Positions 7,400-16,215 of a stretch of DNA of 64,000 nt are shown here, in pieces; the first letter of the stretch is position 1; every line of letters begins with the position of its first letter. The notes below the pieces were generated by a model. That model did no database searches. It saw nothing but the letters and a program-made list of their open reading frames with translations, and was not told where the DNA came from. The stretch covers positions 1,515,729-1,579,728 of the forward strand of contig BPGV01000001.1 of NCBI GenBank assembly GCA_026003215.1, written 5' to 3'. A program made the translations under genes and the position numbers. Origin of the DNA: Bacteroidia bacterium. Its GTDB lineage: Bacteria > Bacteroidota > Bacteroidia > SpSt-205.

Positions 7400-8512
7400 A
7401 TGCGGTATCTGGCTATCGGAGCCCTGGGGTTTCTCTTATGGGCGCAGCCCGACTTCCAAGCCAAGGAAGAACTCAACCGTAACATTCGGTTTTACCGAAG
7501 CATTGCGCGGCGTACGGCGGCCTTTCGTACGAAAGCCGTACCTAAGCTCAACGGTATTCGTTGGCAGGTAAAGATCCAAAATGGCGTCGCTGAAACGGCC
7601 GCGCCTGTCGCCGTAGGTACCCGAGTCTATGTAGGCGGTAAGGACAAAAATATGTACGCCATAAACATCCTCGACGGCAAAATCTTCTGGAAATATACCA
7701 CGGGGGACTATGTGGCGTGCCCAGCGGCTTATTATGAGGGGAAGGTATTTTTTGGCAGTGATGATGGGGTGTTTTACGCCTTAGATGAAAGCAAGAAGGA
7801 ACTCTGGCGTTTCCAGGCGAATGCTTCTATCCAAAGCCCGCCGGCTATCACGGGCGATGTTATTGTATTTGGCTGTCATGACTATAATGTGTATGCGTTG
7901 GACAAAAACACGGGCGAGAAACTATGGGAGTTTACCACGGGGCGCGTAGTGCAGTCCGGCCCAGCTATCGCTGAGGGCGTAGTTTATGTGGGTTCTGACG
8001 ACTATAATGTATATGCTCTTTCCCTCAAGGAGGGCAAGCTTCTTTGGAAGTTCCGCACAGAAAACGAAGTCAATACTACGCCTATTGTCTCCAAGGGCGT
8101 GGTGTATTTTGGGAGTGATGACGGCAACTTATATGCGGTGGATGCGCAGACGGGCATGGAAAAGTGGCGCTATGCTACGGGCGGCAAGGTAACGGGTTCG
8201 CCTGCTTTGTCGGAAGATATAGATGTAATATTCGTAGCAAGTGAGTCGGGGCTTTTAGCGGCGCTGGATAGCAAGACTGGGGAAGAAAAATGGACTTTTC
8301 GGATAAAAGGGAGCTTCAAAGCCTCGCCTTCCTTGGCGGAGGGGTACTTGTATATTGGGGGGATGGATGGGCAGTTTTATGCGATTGAAGTGCCGACAGG
8401 GAAAGTCGCTTGGAAGACCAAGCTGGATGCCCCCATCCAAGCAGCAGCTCACATCTTGGATGGGTCAGTATACGTGCTCACGAGTGCGGGCACCCTCTAT
8501 GCCCTCCATTAA
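7400..8512 (+). CDS. secreted PQQ-like (BamB-type) beta-propeller repeat protein
   Basis: Signal peptide MRYLAIGALGFLLWAQ, followed by repeated VY(V/F)GS.D..(V/L)YA(L/V)D..TG...W blades. Confidence 0.7.
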   Translation: MRYLAIGALGFLLWAQPDFQAKEELNRNIRFYRSIARRTAAFRTKAVPKLNGIRWQVKIQNGVAETAAPVAVGTRVYVGGKDKNMYAINILDGKIFWKYTTGDYVACPAAYYEGKVFFGSDDGVFYALDESKKELWRFQANASIQSPPAITGDVIVFGCHDYNVYALDKNTGEKLWEFTTGRVVQSGPAIAEGVVYVGSDDYNVYALSLKEGKLLWKFRTENEVNTTPIVSKGVVYFGSDDGNLYAVDAQTGMEKWRYATGGKVTGSPALSEDIDVIFVASESGLLAALDSKTGEEKWTFRIKGSFKASPSLAEGYLYIGGMDGQFYAIEVPTGKVAWKTKLDAPIQAAAHILDGSVYVLTSAGTLYALH

Positions 8513-8543
8513 AGGGGTCCTTCTTTTCGGGAGCGGTGTGCTT

Positions 8544-9410
8544 ATGGGCCAGCCGATTGCCATAGCTATTCATGGGGGGGCAGGGAATATTCGTCCGGAG
8601 AACCTACCCCCTGACCGAGCCCAAAAAGTAGAGGCCTATATGCGTGAAGTAGTGGAAGAAGCCTACCTTCTCCTCCAGCAAGGGCGGATGGCCATAGAAG
8701 TAGTAGAAGTCGCTGTGCGCCGGCTGGAAGATGCCGGCTATTTCAACGCAGGCACGGGGGCTGTGCCCAACGAACGGGGTGAAGTAGAGCTGGATGCCGC
8801 GATCATGGATGGCCACACGCGTCGCGCAGGAGCCGTAGCTGCTGTGCGTCAGGTGCGAAACCCTATCACCTTGGCACGCTATGTGATGGAACGTACCTCT
8901 CATGTGCTTATCGTCGGTGCAGGAGCCGATAGCCTCGCCCAGCTCTGGAACTTACCCCTCCGTAACGGCATAGAAACCCCTTCCGAAGTGCCATGGAGTT
9001 ACGGTACCGTAGGCGCCGTGGCTTTAGATAAGCATGGAAACTTAGCTGCGGCTACCTCTACCGGGGGAATCATGCACAAAAAGGCTGGCCGAGTGGGCGA
9101 TACCCCCCTCATCGGCGCAGGCACCTACGCAGAGAATGGCGTCGTAGCTGTCTCTGCCACGGGACAAGGAGAGTATTTTATCCGCAGTGTGCTGGCCTAC
9201 GATATTGCTGCGCGCATCCGCTACGCAAAACAACCCCTGCGTGAAGCTGTCCTCCAAGCCTTTGCCGAACGACTGGAACCTATCGGCGGTCAAGGCGGCG
9301 TGATTGCACTCTCCCCCGCTGGGGAGGTCTTCCTGCACTTCAATACCCCGGGCATGTATCGGGCCGCTATAAATGCCTCTGGCCATAGGATTGTAGGTAT
9401 CTTTCGATGA
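8544..9410 (+). CDS. isoaspartyl peptidase / L-asparaginase (Ntn hydrolase, asparaginase_2 / Taspase-like family)
   Basis: Contains IAIHGGAGN, the autoprocessing and nucleophile site GTVGAVALD, and STGG..HK..GRVGD.P..GAG. The start is trimmed to the ATG at 8544, after the stop of the upstream gene. Confidence 0.85.
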   Translation: MGQPIAIAIHGGAGNIRPENLPPDRAQKVEAYMREVVEEAYLLLQQGRMAIEVVEVAVRRLEDAGYFNAGTGAVPNERGEVELDAAIMDGHTRRAGAVAAVRQVRNPITLARYVMERTSHVLIVGAGADSLAQLWNLPLRNGIETPSEVPWSYGTVGAVALDKHGNLAAATSTGGIMHKKAGRVGDTPLIGAGTYAENGVVAVSATGQGEYFIRSVLAYDIAARIRYAKQPLREAVLQAFAERLEPIGGQGGVIALSPAGEVFLHFNTPGMYRAAINASGHRIVGIFR

Positions 9411-11080
9411 GTGCTGTCGCCCTCCCCTCCTGGGTCGCCGAACTGGCCCGCCAATATTACGCAGGACGTACGGCGCTCTTTCTGCTCCACGGCAACATTC
9501 ATGACTTGGTTTGGTATGAAGAAAAGGCCACTCTCCTGCGGGACTTTCTCCTCCATACCCTTTTCCGACGGCGGGATATGGTGCTTATTTACAATCGAGC
9601 TACCGGCTTGGGCTACCGAGATGGAAAAACCCAAAAAGAAGTAGAAACTCTCGTACAAGAAATCTACGGCAAGCCTATACCCCCAAAAAGCCCTGCTGAA
9701 CTTTTCCCCTTTTTACATCGGTTTTTTCAGCAACGCTTACAGCAGGGGTGCCGCGTTGCTTTTATCGTGGAGTTTGCGGAGACACTTGTACCTGCCGTCG
9801 GCAATAACCTTACCGCTGAGGAAAAGACCACCCTCCTGTACTTTCTACGGTGGGCGCAAGACCCGCTCTTTCTGCGTTCAGATTTTACGGTCCTGCTCCT
9901 TACAGAGGGCTTATCCGAGCTACACCCCAAGCTCGTAAGTAATCCCCATGTAGCGGCCCTGCGGGTGCCTTATCCGGAGGAAGCTACTCGGGCGGCCTTC
10001 ATCACAGCTTGGTTGGAAAAGCACCCTAAACTACAGGAGCGTTATCAGGCTACCGCCCTGTCGGTGGCGCTGGGGGGGCTTACGCTTGTGCAGGTGGAAA
10101 AAATCTTGGCCGAGCTGGCCGAAAGCGATACACCCTGGACCGAGGGGCAGCTCGTAGAACGAAAAAAAATGCTGGTAGAGGCCCATGCGGGCGGCCTCAT
10201 CGAGTTTCTGAGCACGCACTTGACCTTAGATGCCGTAGCGGGCCATCATGCAGCCAAAGCCTACCTGCGTAGTATTGCCCAGGCCCTCAAAAAAGGCCAT
10301 ACCGCTACCCTCCCCATGGGCTTCTTGATTACCGGACCTGTGGGGACGGGCAAAACCTTTCTCTTGCGGTGCTTTGCGGGCGAGATAGGCATCCCGATGG
10401 TCCAGCTCAAAAACTTCCGTTCGCCGTGGGTGGGTGAGACCGAAGCCAACTTAGAACGGATACTGGCCCTCTTAGAAGCATTGGCCCCCATCGCCGTCGT
10501 AATAGATGAAGCGGACACGCAGCTGGGCAGCCGAGAAGGGGGACGAGATAGCGGTGTAAGTGCTCGCGTCTTTGGCCGCCTGGCTAACTTTATGAGCGAC
10601 CCGCGGCATCGGGGGCGCATCCTGTGGTTTTTGATTACGGCTCGGCCGGACCTTTTGCCGGTGGACTTTAAGCGGCAGGGACGCGCCGAAGAGCATATTC
10701 CCCTCTTTCCCTCCACCACCCCCGAAGAAAAACGAGAGGTCGTTCAAACCCTCCTAAGGCGTATTGGAGTGCCTGAGACTTCACTGCCCGAAGACGGATG
10801 GGAAGATCTGCCTAACTTCTCTGGGGCAGAATGGGAGGCTCTCCTTACCCGGGCGCGCTTCCGGGCCCTCTTAGAGGGCCGAGATGCCCCCACATGGAGT
10901 GACATCCAGACGACGCTGGAAGACTTTATACCGCCTACGTATCCCGAAGAGGTGGAGTATATGACCTACTTGGCCGTCTTGGAATGTACGCGGCGAAGCC
11001 TGCTGCCTCCCCTGTACCGAGACCTTTCTCGGGAAGAGCTTTTCCAGCGAACGGCGTTACTGCGTCAACGAGTCGGCTGA
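9407..11080 (+). CDS. AAA+ ATPase with a degenerate N-terminal AAA-like domain and a canonical C-terminal AAA domain (Ycf46-like architecture)
   Basis: The C-terminal domain has Walker A GPVGTGKT, Walker B VVIDEAD, and VGETEANLERIL. The N-terminal ~270 aa has LFLLHGNIHD where Walker A would be and FIVEFAETL where Walker B would be. ATGA overlap with the upstream peptidase gene. Confidence 0.75.
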   Translation: MSAVALPSWVAELARQYYAGRTALFLLHGNIHDLVWYEEKATLLRDFLLHTLFRRRDMVLIYNRATGLGYRDGKTQKEVETLVQEIYGKPIPPKSPAELFPFLHRFFQQRLQQGCRVAFIVEFAETLVPAVGNNLTAEEKTTLLYFLRWAQDPLFLRSDFTVLLLTEGLSELHPKLVSNPHVAALRVPYPEEATRAAFITAWLEKHPKLQERYQATALSVALGGLTLVQVEKILAELAESDTPWTEGQLVERKKMLVEAHAGGLIEFLSTHLTLDAVAGHHAAKAYLRSIAQALKKGHTATLPMGFLITGPVGTGKTFLLRCFAGEIGIPMVQLKNFRSPWVGETEANLERILALLEALAPIAVVIDEADTQLGSREGGRDSGVSARVFGRLANFMSDPRHRGRILWFLITARPDLLPVDFKRQGRAEEHIPLFPSTTPEEKREVVQTLLRRIGVPETSLPEDGWEDLPNFSGAEWEALLTRARFRALLEGRDAPTWSDIQTTLEDFIPPTYPEEVEYMTYLAVLECTRRSLLPPLYRDLSREELFQRTALLRQRVG

Positions 11081-12535
11081 GATCTTCTCGGGGATAGGGG
11101 CTTGCATCCACCGATGCAGAGGCTTAGTTAGCAAAATCAATAGGCCCCCAGCTATGGCGCTTATGATACCCAGTGTAGGATAGAGAGGAAGCGCACGGCG
11201 AGAGAGCACTTCCTCGGAAATGCCTGCCATATAGTTGCCCAAAGCCGAGGAGAGAAACCATACGCCCATCATCATCGCCGCTACTACTGGGGGGGCGACC
11301 CGAGTGACCATAGAGAGTCCTACCGGTGAGAGGCATAACTCCCCTAAGGTGTGTAGGAGATAGACAGCAGCCAGCCAAAAGGGACCTACTTTACCCAGGG
11401 TGGCGGCTCGGCCTTCTGCTAAGCTCATTACCCAAAAGCCGGCCGAGAGGAGTAAGAGCCCTAATCCCATTTTAGTAGGAGTGAGCGGCTCGCGCCCGCG
11501 TGCCCCCAGAAATACCCACAAAGCCGAAAAGAGGGGGGCCAGCACAAAGATGAGCAGCGGATTAAGCGATTGAAAGTAGGGCGCAGGAAACTCCCACTGA
11601 AAGCTACCTATACGTAAAAAGCGGTCGGTTTTTTCTTGGGCAAAGAGGTTGAAAGTGCCTCCTGCTTGTTCAAAGCCCATCCAGAAAACGGCCGAGAAGA
11701 GGGCTAAAAGGAGTATAGCTCCAGTGCGTTTCCATTCCGCGGGGGTTCGCAGACGGAAGAGTAAGTACACCACCACAGCGGCTAAAGCACTGCCCACTGC
11801 CCATTGGAAGAGTTCAGAGACGAGGGACCGGCCTAAAAGGCGGGCAATAGCCACCCCCCCGAAAGCTACCCCTATGCCTATGAGGGTAGTCAGGAGCATC
11901 CGCAGGATCTCGGTTTTTTGGAGGGGGTGCCAGGAGCCAGCAGCCGGGCGAAGCGTAGATAAACCGGCCGAAAAAATAATCAAGCTAATCAGCATGCCTA
12001 CGCCCGCGGCTCCGAACCCCCAGTGCGGAGAGAAGCTCTCCGCTAAGGTGCTGCACACGAGAGGCGAAAAGAATGCCCCCAGGTTTATGCCCATGTAAAA
12101 GATGGTGAAGGCGGCATCGCGTCGAGGGTCCTCTGACAGGTAGAGCGAACCTACAATCGTGGATATATTGGGTTTAAAGAGGCCGTTGCCGAGGATAAGG
12201 AGCGCAAGAGCAGGAAAAAGCAGACTCGGCACCGCCATGGCAAAGTGCCCAAACATCATCAGTAAGGCGCCGGCCAATACGGTACCCCGATACCCCAGCC
12301 ATCTATCCGCTAAAAAGCCGCCTAAAATAGGCGTGAGATAGACCATCCCCGTATATAGGCCGTAAATCTCTAAGGCAGCGGAACGGGGATAGTGTACATA
12401 GAACGTAAGGTACAATACCAAAATCGCCCGCATCCCATAGTAGCTGAAGCGCTCCCACATCTCGGAGAAAAAGAGCACATATAGGCCTCGGGGATGCGCC
12501 CAGAAGCGGGTGCGGGCAGGAGGGGAAGCAGCCAC
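11057..12535 (-). CDS. proton-dependent oligopeptide transporter (POT/PTR2 family)
   Basis: Contains the POT signature LYVLFFSEMWERFSYYGMRAILVLYLT and is polytopic; 492 aa. Confidence 0.85.
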   Translation of the reverse strand: MAASPPARTRFWAHPRGLYVLFFSEMWERFSYYGMRAILVLYLTFYVHYPRSAALEIYGLYTGMVYLTPILGGFLADRWLGYRGTVLAGALLMMFGHFAMAVPSLLFPALALLILGNGLFKPNISTIVGSLYLSEDPRRDAAFTIFYMGINLGAFFSPLVCSTLAESFSPHWGFGAAGVGMLISLIIFSAGLSTLRPAAGSWHPLQKTEILRMLLTTLIGIGVAFGGVAIARLLGRSLVSELFQWAVGSALAAVVVYLLFRLRTPAEWKRTGAILLLALFSAVFWMGFEQAGGTFNLFAQEKTDRFLRIGSFQWEFPAPYFQSLNPLLIFVLAPLFSALWVFLGARGREPLTPTKMGLGLLLLSAGFWVMSLAEGRAATLGKVGPFWLAAVYLLHTLGELCLSPVGLSMVTRVAPPVVAAMMMGVWFLSSALGNYMAGISEEVLSRRALPLYPTLGIISAIAGGLLILLTKPLHRWMQAPIPEKISADSLTQ

Positions 12536-12539
12536 GCGC

Positions 12540-12836
12540 TTAAGAAGGGGTGCCTGCGACTTTTTGTGCTACGATACGGGCCAGGCGGGACTTGTACCGG
12601 GCAGCTTTATTCCTGTGAATGATATTACGGCGAGCCATCTTATCTAAAATAGCGTGTGCTTGCCGCATCAGCTCGGGCAGCTTCGTGGGGTCGGTTTCCT
12701 TGCGGAAGGCCCGTAGGGCTTGGCGCAGACGGGCTTTCCATTCTAAGTTTCGGGCGCGACGACGCGCAATCTGCCGTTGACGCTTTAATGCACTTTTAGA
12801 GCGTGCGGTCTTCTTTTTCTTGGTGGGTGTAGCCAT
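12540..12836 (-). CDS. rpsT: 30S ribosomal protein S20
   Basis: N-terminus MATPTKKKKTARSKSALKRQRQIARRRARNLEWKARLR; basic helical protein of about 98 aa. The ATG at 12836 is preferred over the TTG at 12845, which lies inside the promoter box. Confidence 0.85.
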   Translation of the reverse strand: MATPTKKKKTARSKSALKRQRQIARRRARNLEWKARLRQALRAFRKETDPTKLPELMRQAHAILDKMARRNIIHRNKAARYKSRLARIVAQKVAGTPS

Positions 12837-12842
12837 CGTCGG

Positions 12843-12850
12843 CAAAGGTA
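12843..12850 (-). promoter_or_regulatory. putative -7 box TACCTTTG, 6 nt upstream of the rpsT ATG
   Basis: Minus strand reads TACCTTTG-CCGACG-ATG. Confidence 0.5.
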
Positions 12851-12882
12851 GGGTTTCTGGAGCAAGTCTGGTTTTTTCTACC

Positions 12883-12890
12883 TACCTTCG
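12883..12890 (+). promoter_or_regulatory. putative -7-like box TACCTTCG, 8 nt upstream of the small ORF ATG (12899)
   Basis: One mismatch to TAnnTTTG. It is divergent from the rpsT box. Confidence 0.35.
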
Positions 12891-12898
12891 CGCCCGCT

Positions 12899-12994
12899 AT
12901 GCCCTGTGGTCGGAAAAGAAAGCTGCGCAAAATCAAACGGCACAAGCTCAAGAAGCGTCGTCGCCTGAACCGGCATAAGAAAAAGCTTCGCTAA
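12899..12994 (+). CDS. 31-aa lysine/arginine-rich peptide, possible bS22/AURKAIP1-like small ribosomal protein
   Basis: The ORF ATG..TAA encodes MPCGRKRKLRKIKRHKLKKRRRLNRHKKKLR. It is below the ORF-track size cutoff. It has its own promoter-like box, is divergent from rpsT, and lies immediately upstream of RNase G. Confidence 0.4.
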   Translation: MPCGRKRKLRKIKRHKLKKRRRLNRHKKKLR

Positions 12995-13006
12995 TAGGCG
13001 CTTCCT

Positions 13007-14557
13007 TTGCGGGAGCTGGTCCTTACGCGGCGAGGCGAGAAGCTGTGTGTATATCTTTTAGAGCATCGCCACCTGGTAGAGTATCATGAGGTGGTAGAAG
13101 GGGGGGAGTATGCCTTAGGGGATATATTTTTAGGCTCGGTCAGCCAGGTCAATAAAGGCTTAAATGCGGCTTTTGTAGACATAGGCTTGGTGCGAGAAGG
13201 TTTCCTTCATGTCAGTGACATAGCACCGGGTTTTTTTCTGCAGCGAGCCTATGTAGAGGCGCTGCGTCGCGCTAAGAGGCCTTCTGTGGAACTTTTGCAG
13301 GTAGAGGCTTCCCCTCCTAAGGAGGCTTCTATTGCAGAATATCTCCATCCAGGCGATTGGATACTCGTCCAGGTAGTCAAGGAAATGTCTGATACAAAGG
13401 GGCCCCGGCTCAGCACGCAGGTTTCCCTTACCGGACAAGGACTGGTTTTGCTGCCCTTTTCTACCGAAATAGGGATTTCGCATCGGATTGTAGACCCTGT
13501 GCAGCGGCAAGCGTGGCGCGAACAGCTTAAAGCCTTTTACAGGGCTCCTTATGGTATGATACTACGCACTGGCGGCCAAAAGCTTTCCCCTCCGGAGCTG
13601 GAAGCTGAATATAGCTTGCTTATTCAGAAATGGGAGGACTTTCAGAGAAAGTTGCAGGGCAAAAAACCTCCTTATCGGCTTTCTGAGGGAAGCTCTTCTA
13701 TTACACAGGTCATCCAGGACTATCTCAACTCTATGCCTGAGGTGATATATGTAGCGGATGAGACCCTTTATGCAGAGATACAGCAGTATTTCCAGATACA
13801 TCGTTTGCTGTCGCCGCCTGCGCTGCGTCTCCATAGAAAGAAAGAACCTTTGGAAAGCTATTTTGAGGTAGACCGGGCCACGCGGCTTTTGCTGGGGCGT
13901 ACCGTTACCCTCCCGAATGGGGGGTACATCGTGATAGAACGCACAGAAGCGCTCCATGTGATTGATGTAAATAGCGGCTCCCTTGCTGCCCAAAATCGTC
14001 CCCCCGAAGAAGTGGCCTTGCAAACGAACCTCTTAGCCGCGCAGGAGATTGCTCGGCAGCTTCGCTTGCGGGATTTAGGGGGGATTATCGTAGTGGATTT
14101 TATAGACATGCGTTCTGCGGAGCATCGGCGCCTGGTGTATGAGCGTCTCTGTGAAGCTATGAAAGCCGATCGGGCGAAACATGTGGTACTTCCTATGAGT
14201 GAGTTTGGTTTGGTACAGATTACGCGGCAGCGGCGTCGGGCCCCCGTAGAACCTTCTGAGGAGGTTCCCTGTCCTACTTGCCATGGGAAAGGGTATCTCG
14301 CTCATACCGCTGTACCTTACGACCGGATTGAAGAACAGCTCGTTTTCTGGGGCAAAGCCTATCCCAGAGCGATATTGCGCGTGAAAGCCCACCCGCTTTT
14401 GGTAGCCTATTGGCGCGAAAAATATGCTTTCTCTCCTCCTTCATGGATATGGAATCTGCTGCCACACCGCTGGCTCCAGATAGAAGAGGACAAAGACTTA
14501 CCGCTTGGCCGAGCGCTTCTTTATCAGGGGAGTGACTGGGTCGCCCTATTGGAATAA
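13007..14557 (+). CDS. rng: ribonuclease G/E family endoribonuclease
   Basis: Contains the S1 domain GDIFLGSVSQVNKGLNAAFVDIGLVREGFLHVSDI, the catalytic core IVIERTEALHVIDVNSG, and the Zn-link CPTCHGKG. TTG start. Confidence 0.85.
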   Translation: MRELVLTRRGEKLCVYLLEHRHLVEYHEVVEGGEYALGDIFLGSVSQVNKGLNAAFVDIGLVREGFLHVSDIAPGFFLQRAYVEALRRAKRPSVELLQVEASPPKEASIAEYLHPGDWILVQVVKEMSDTKGPRLSTQVSLTGQGLVLLPFSTEIGISHRIVDPVQRQAWREQLKAFYRAPYGMILRTGGQKLSPPELEAEYSLLIQKWEDFQRKLQGKKPPYRLSEGSSSITQVIQDYLNSMPEVIYVADETLYAEIQQYFQIHRLLSPPALRLHRKKEPLESYFEVDRATRLLLGRTVTLPNGGYIVIERTEALHVIDVNSGSLAAQNRPPEEVALQTNLLAAQEIARQLRLRDLGGIIVVDFIDMRSAEHRRLVYERLCEAMKADRAKHVVLPMSEFGLVQITRQRRRAPVEPSEEVPCPTCHGKGYLAHTAVPYDRIEEQLVFWGKAYPRAILRVKAHPLLVAYWREKYAFSPPSWIWNLLPHRWLQIEEDKDLPLGRALLYQGSDWVALLE

Positions 14558-14607
14558 ACGAGGTATTTCCGCAAAAGTGCGTATCTTAGAGTACTTGTAG
14601 GACGCCT

Positions 14608-16215
14608 ATGCCGCGTATGAAAAAATGGCTTTTAGCCGTGGGGAGTTTCCCTTTTTTCCTCCCTGCCCAATCTTCCTTTTATCTCGTGTATTTCACAGCC
14701 AAACCAGACAGCTTTTTATGGAAGCCGGAGCAGTGTTTATCTTCCTTTACCCTTCAGCAGCGCCTTCAGCTGGGGATACCCATAGATATATATGATGTGC
14801 CCATCCCCTCTGCTTGGATAGACAGTCTTTCTCACTATGGGAAAATATGGGGTGTTTCTCGCTGGCTAAATGCCGCTCTAATAGAGGTTCCCGCTGGTGG
14901 GAGGCTTCCTACTGGAGGGTATATACACTGTGTAGTGCCCTTTGTACGGGTACGGCCGGCGATAGGGGTTTCTTCGCTGAGCAGCTTTCGGGGGGCCAAA
15001 GTCTCTCCTAAGGTTACCGTGCCGGTCAATGCGCTTCAGTTAGACCAGCTCAAGCTCTCTTCGCTCCACGATTTAGGGTATACGGGGCAGGGGATTCGGG
15101 TGGCGATTTTAGATGCGGGCTTCCCGTACATGGACCAGATCCCGGCTTTTCAGCGGGTATTTCGAGAGGGGCGATACTTAGGGGGATATGACTTTGTCGC
15201 TGGGGATAGCACCGTCTTTGGGGACAATAGCCATGGGACCCAAGTAGCCTCGGTAATAGTGGGCTATGATGACTCCGTGGGCTACATAGGAGGGGCCCCG
15301 GGTGTGAGTGTGCTCTTGGCGCGTACGGAAAATGCCCTTTCCGAGTCCCGCATAGAAGAATGGAACTGGGCCCGCGCCGCCGAGTGGGTCGACTCCATCG
15401 GTGTACATATTATCCAAAGCTCCTTAGGGTACAGCACCTTTGATGACCCTGCGGAAAACTACACCTACCCGGACATGAATGGTCATACAGCAATTACTAC
15501 CCAAGCCGCTCTCCTCGCTGCGCGAAAAGGTATATTGGTTGTCACTTCTGCGGGGAATGAAGGCAATACTTCGTGGCGCTACATCACGGCTCCTGCGGAT
15601 GCAGACAGTGTGTTGGCTGTCGGGGCTATAGGGAGTAGTGGGCAGCTTGCTCCTTTTTCTTCTCGGGGGCCGACCACCGACGGCCGCATAAAGCCTGATG
15701 TGGTAGCCTTAGGGTGGGGTACCTATGTAATAGGCCTCTCGGGCCAGCCCCAGCAAGCCAGCGGTACTTCTTTTTCGGCGCCGCTGATTACCAGTTTGGC
15801 GGCTTGCTTGTGGCAAGCTTTTCCTACCGCTTCTGCCCAGGAGATACGGCAAGCCATCTTGGCTTCTGCGGATAGGTATGCTTCGCCGGATACCCTTTAT
15901 GGCTATGGCTTGCCTAACGGCGAAAGAGCCCTTGTACGCTTGACAGCTCTCCACCGTCCTTTCCCTACCGCGGATCTGCGCCTGTATCCTAATCCCGCGG
16001 CCGAACGCCTTTTCCTTTTTCTGCCAGATACCACCTTAGGCTACTATACCCTCCGCATCTACGATGCAGAGGGCCGAGCGGTGTTTCAGTGTCCTTATCG
16101 AGGGCATACCGAGCTGGCTATCTCGCTCTCAGGCTGGCGCCCTGGCATCTATTTTGCAGAAGTACGCCAAGAAGCTACGGGAAAAACCCTAACCAAAGCC
16201 TTTATTCGCTTATGA
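14608..16215 (+). CDS. S8 subtilisin-family serine peptidase with a T9SS type A C-terminal sorting domain
   Basis: The catalytic triad contexts are VAILDAGF, HGTQVASVI and GTSFSAPLITSLAA. The C-terminus LRLYPNPAAERLFLFL...GIYFAEV...KAFIRL is a Por/T9SS CTD. Confidence 0.85.
   Translation: MPRMKKWLLAVGSFPFFLPAQSSFYLVYFTAKPDSFLWKPEQCLSSFTLQQRLQLGIPIDIYDVPIPSAWIDSLSHYGKIWGVSRWLNAALIEVPAGGRLPTGGYIHCVVPFVRVRPAIGVSSLSSFRGAKVSPKVTVPVNALQLDQLKLSSLHDLGYTGQGIRVAILDAGFPYMDQIPAFQRVFREGRYLGGYDFVAGDSTVFGDNSHGTQVASVIVGYDDSVGYIGGAPGVSVLLARTENALSESRIEEWNWARAAEWVDSIGVHIIQSSLGYSTFDDPAENYTYPDMNGHTAITTQAALLAARKGILVVTSAGNEGNTSWRYITAPADADSVLAVGAIGSSGQLAPFSSRGPTTDGRIKPDVVALGWGTYVIGLSGQPQQASGTSFSAPLITSLAACLWQAFPTASAQEIRQAILASADRYASPDTLYGYGLPNGERALVRLTALHRPFPTADLRLYPNPAAERLFLFLPDTTLGYYTLRIYDAEGRAVFQCPYRGHTELAISLSGWRPGIYFAEVRQEATGKTLTKAFIRL

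Noticed and set aside
8355-8543. The asparaginase-family ORF has an upstream extension that overlaps the beta-propeller gene.
   Set aside because: The extension overlaps the 3' end of the preceding gene in another frame and adds no conserved sequence. The family's conserved N-terminus (IAIHGGAG) starts right after the ATG at 8544.
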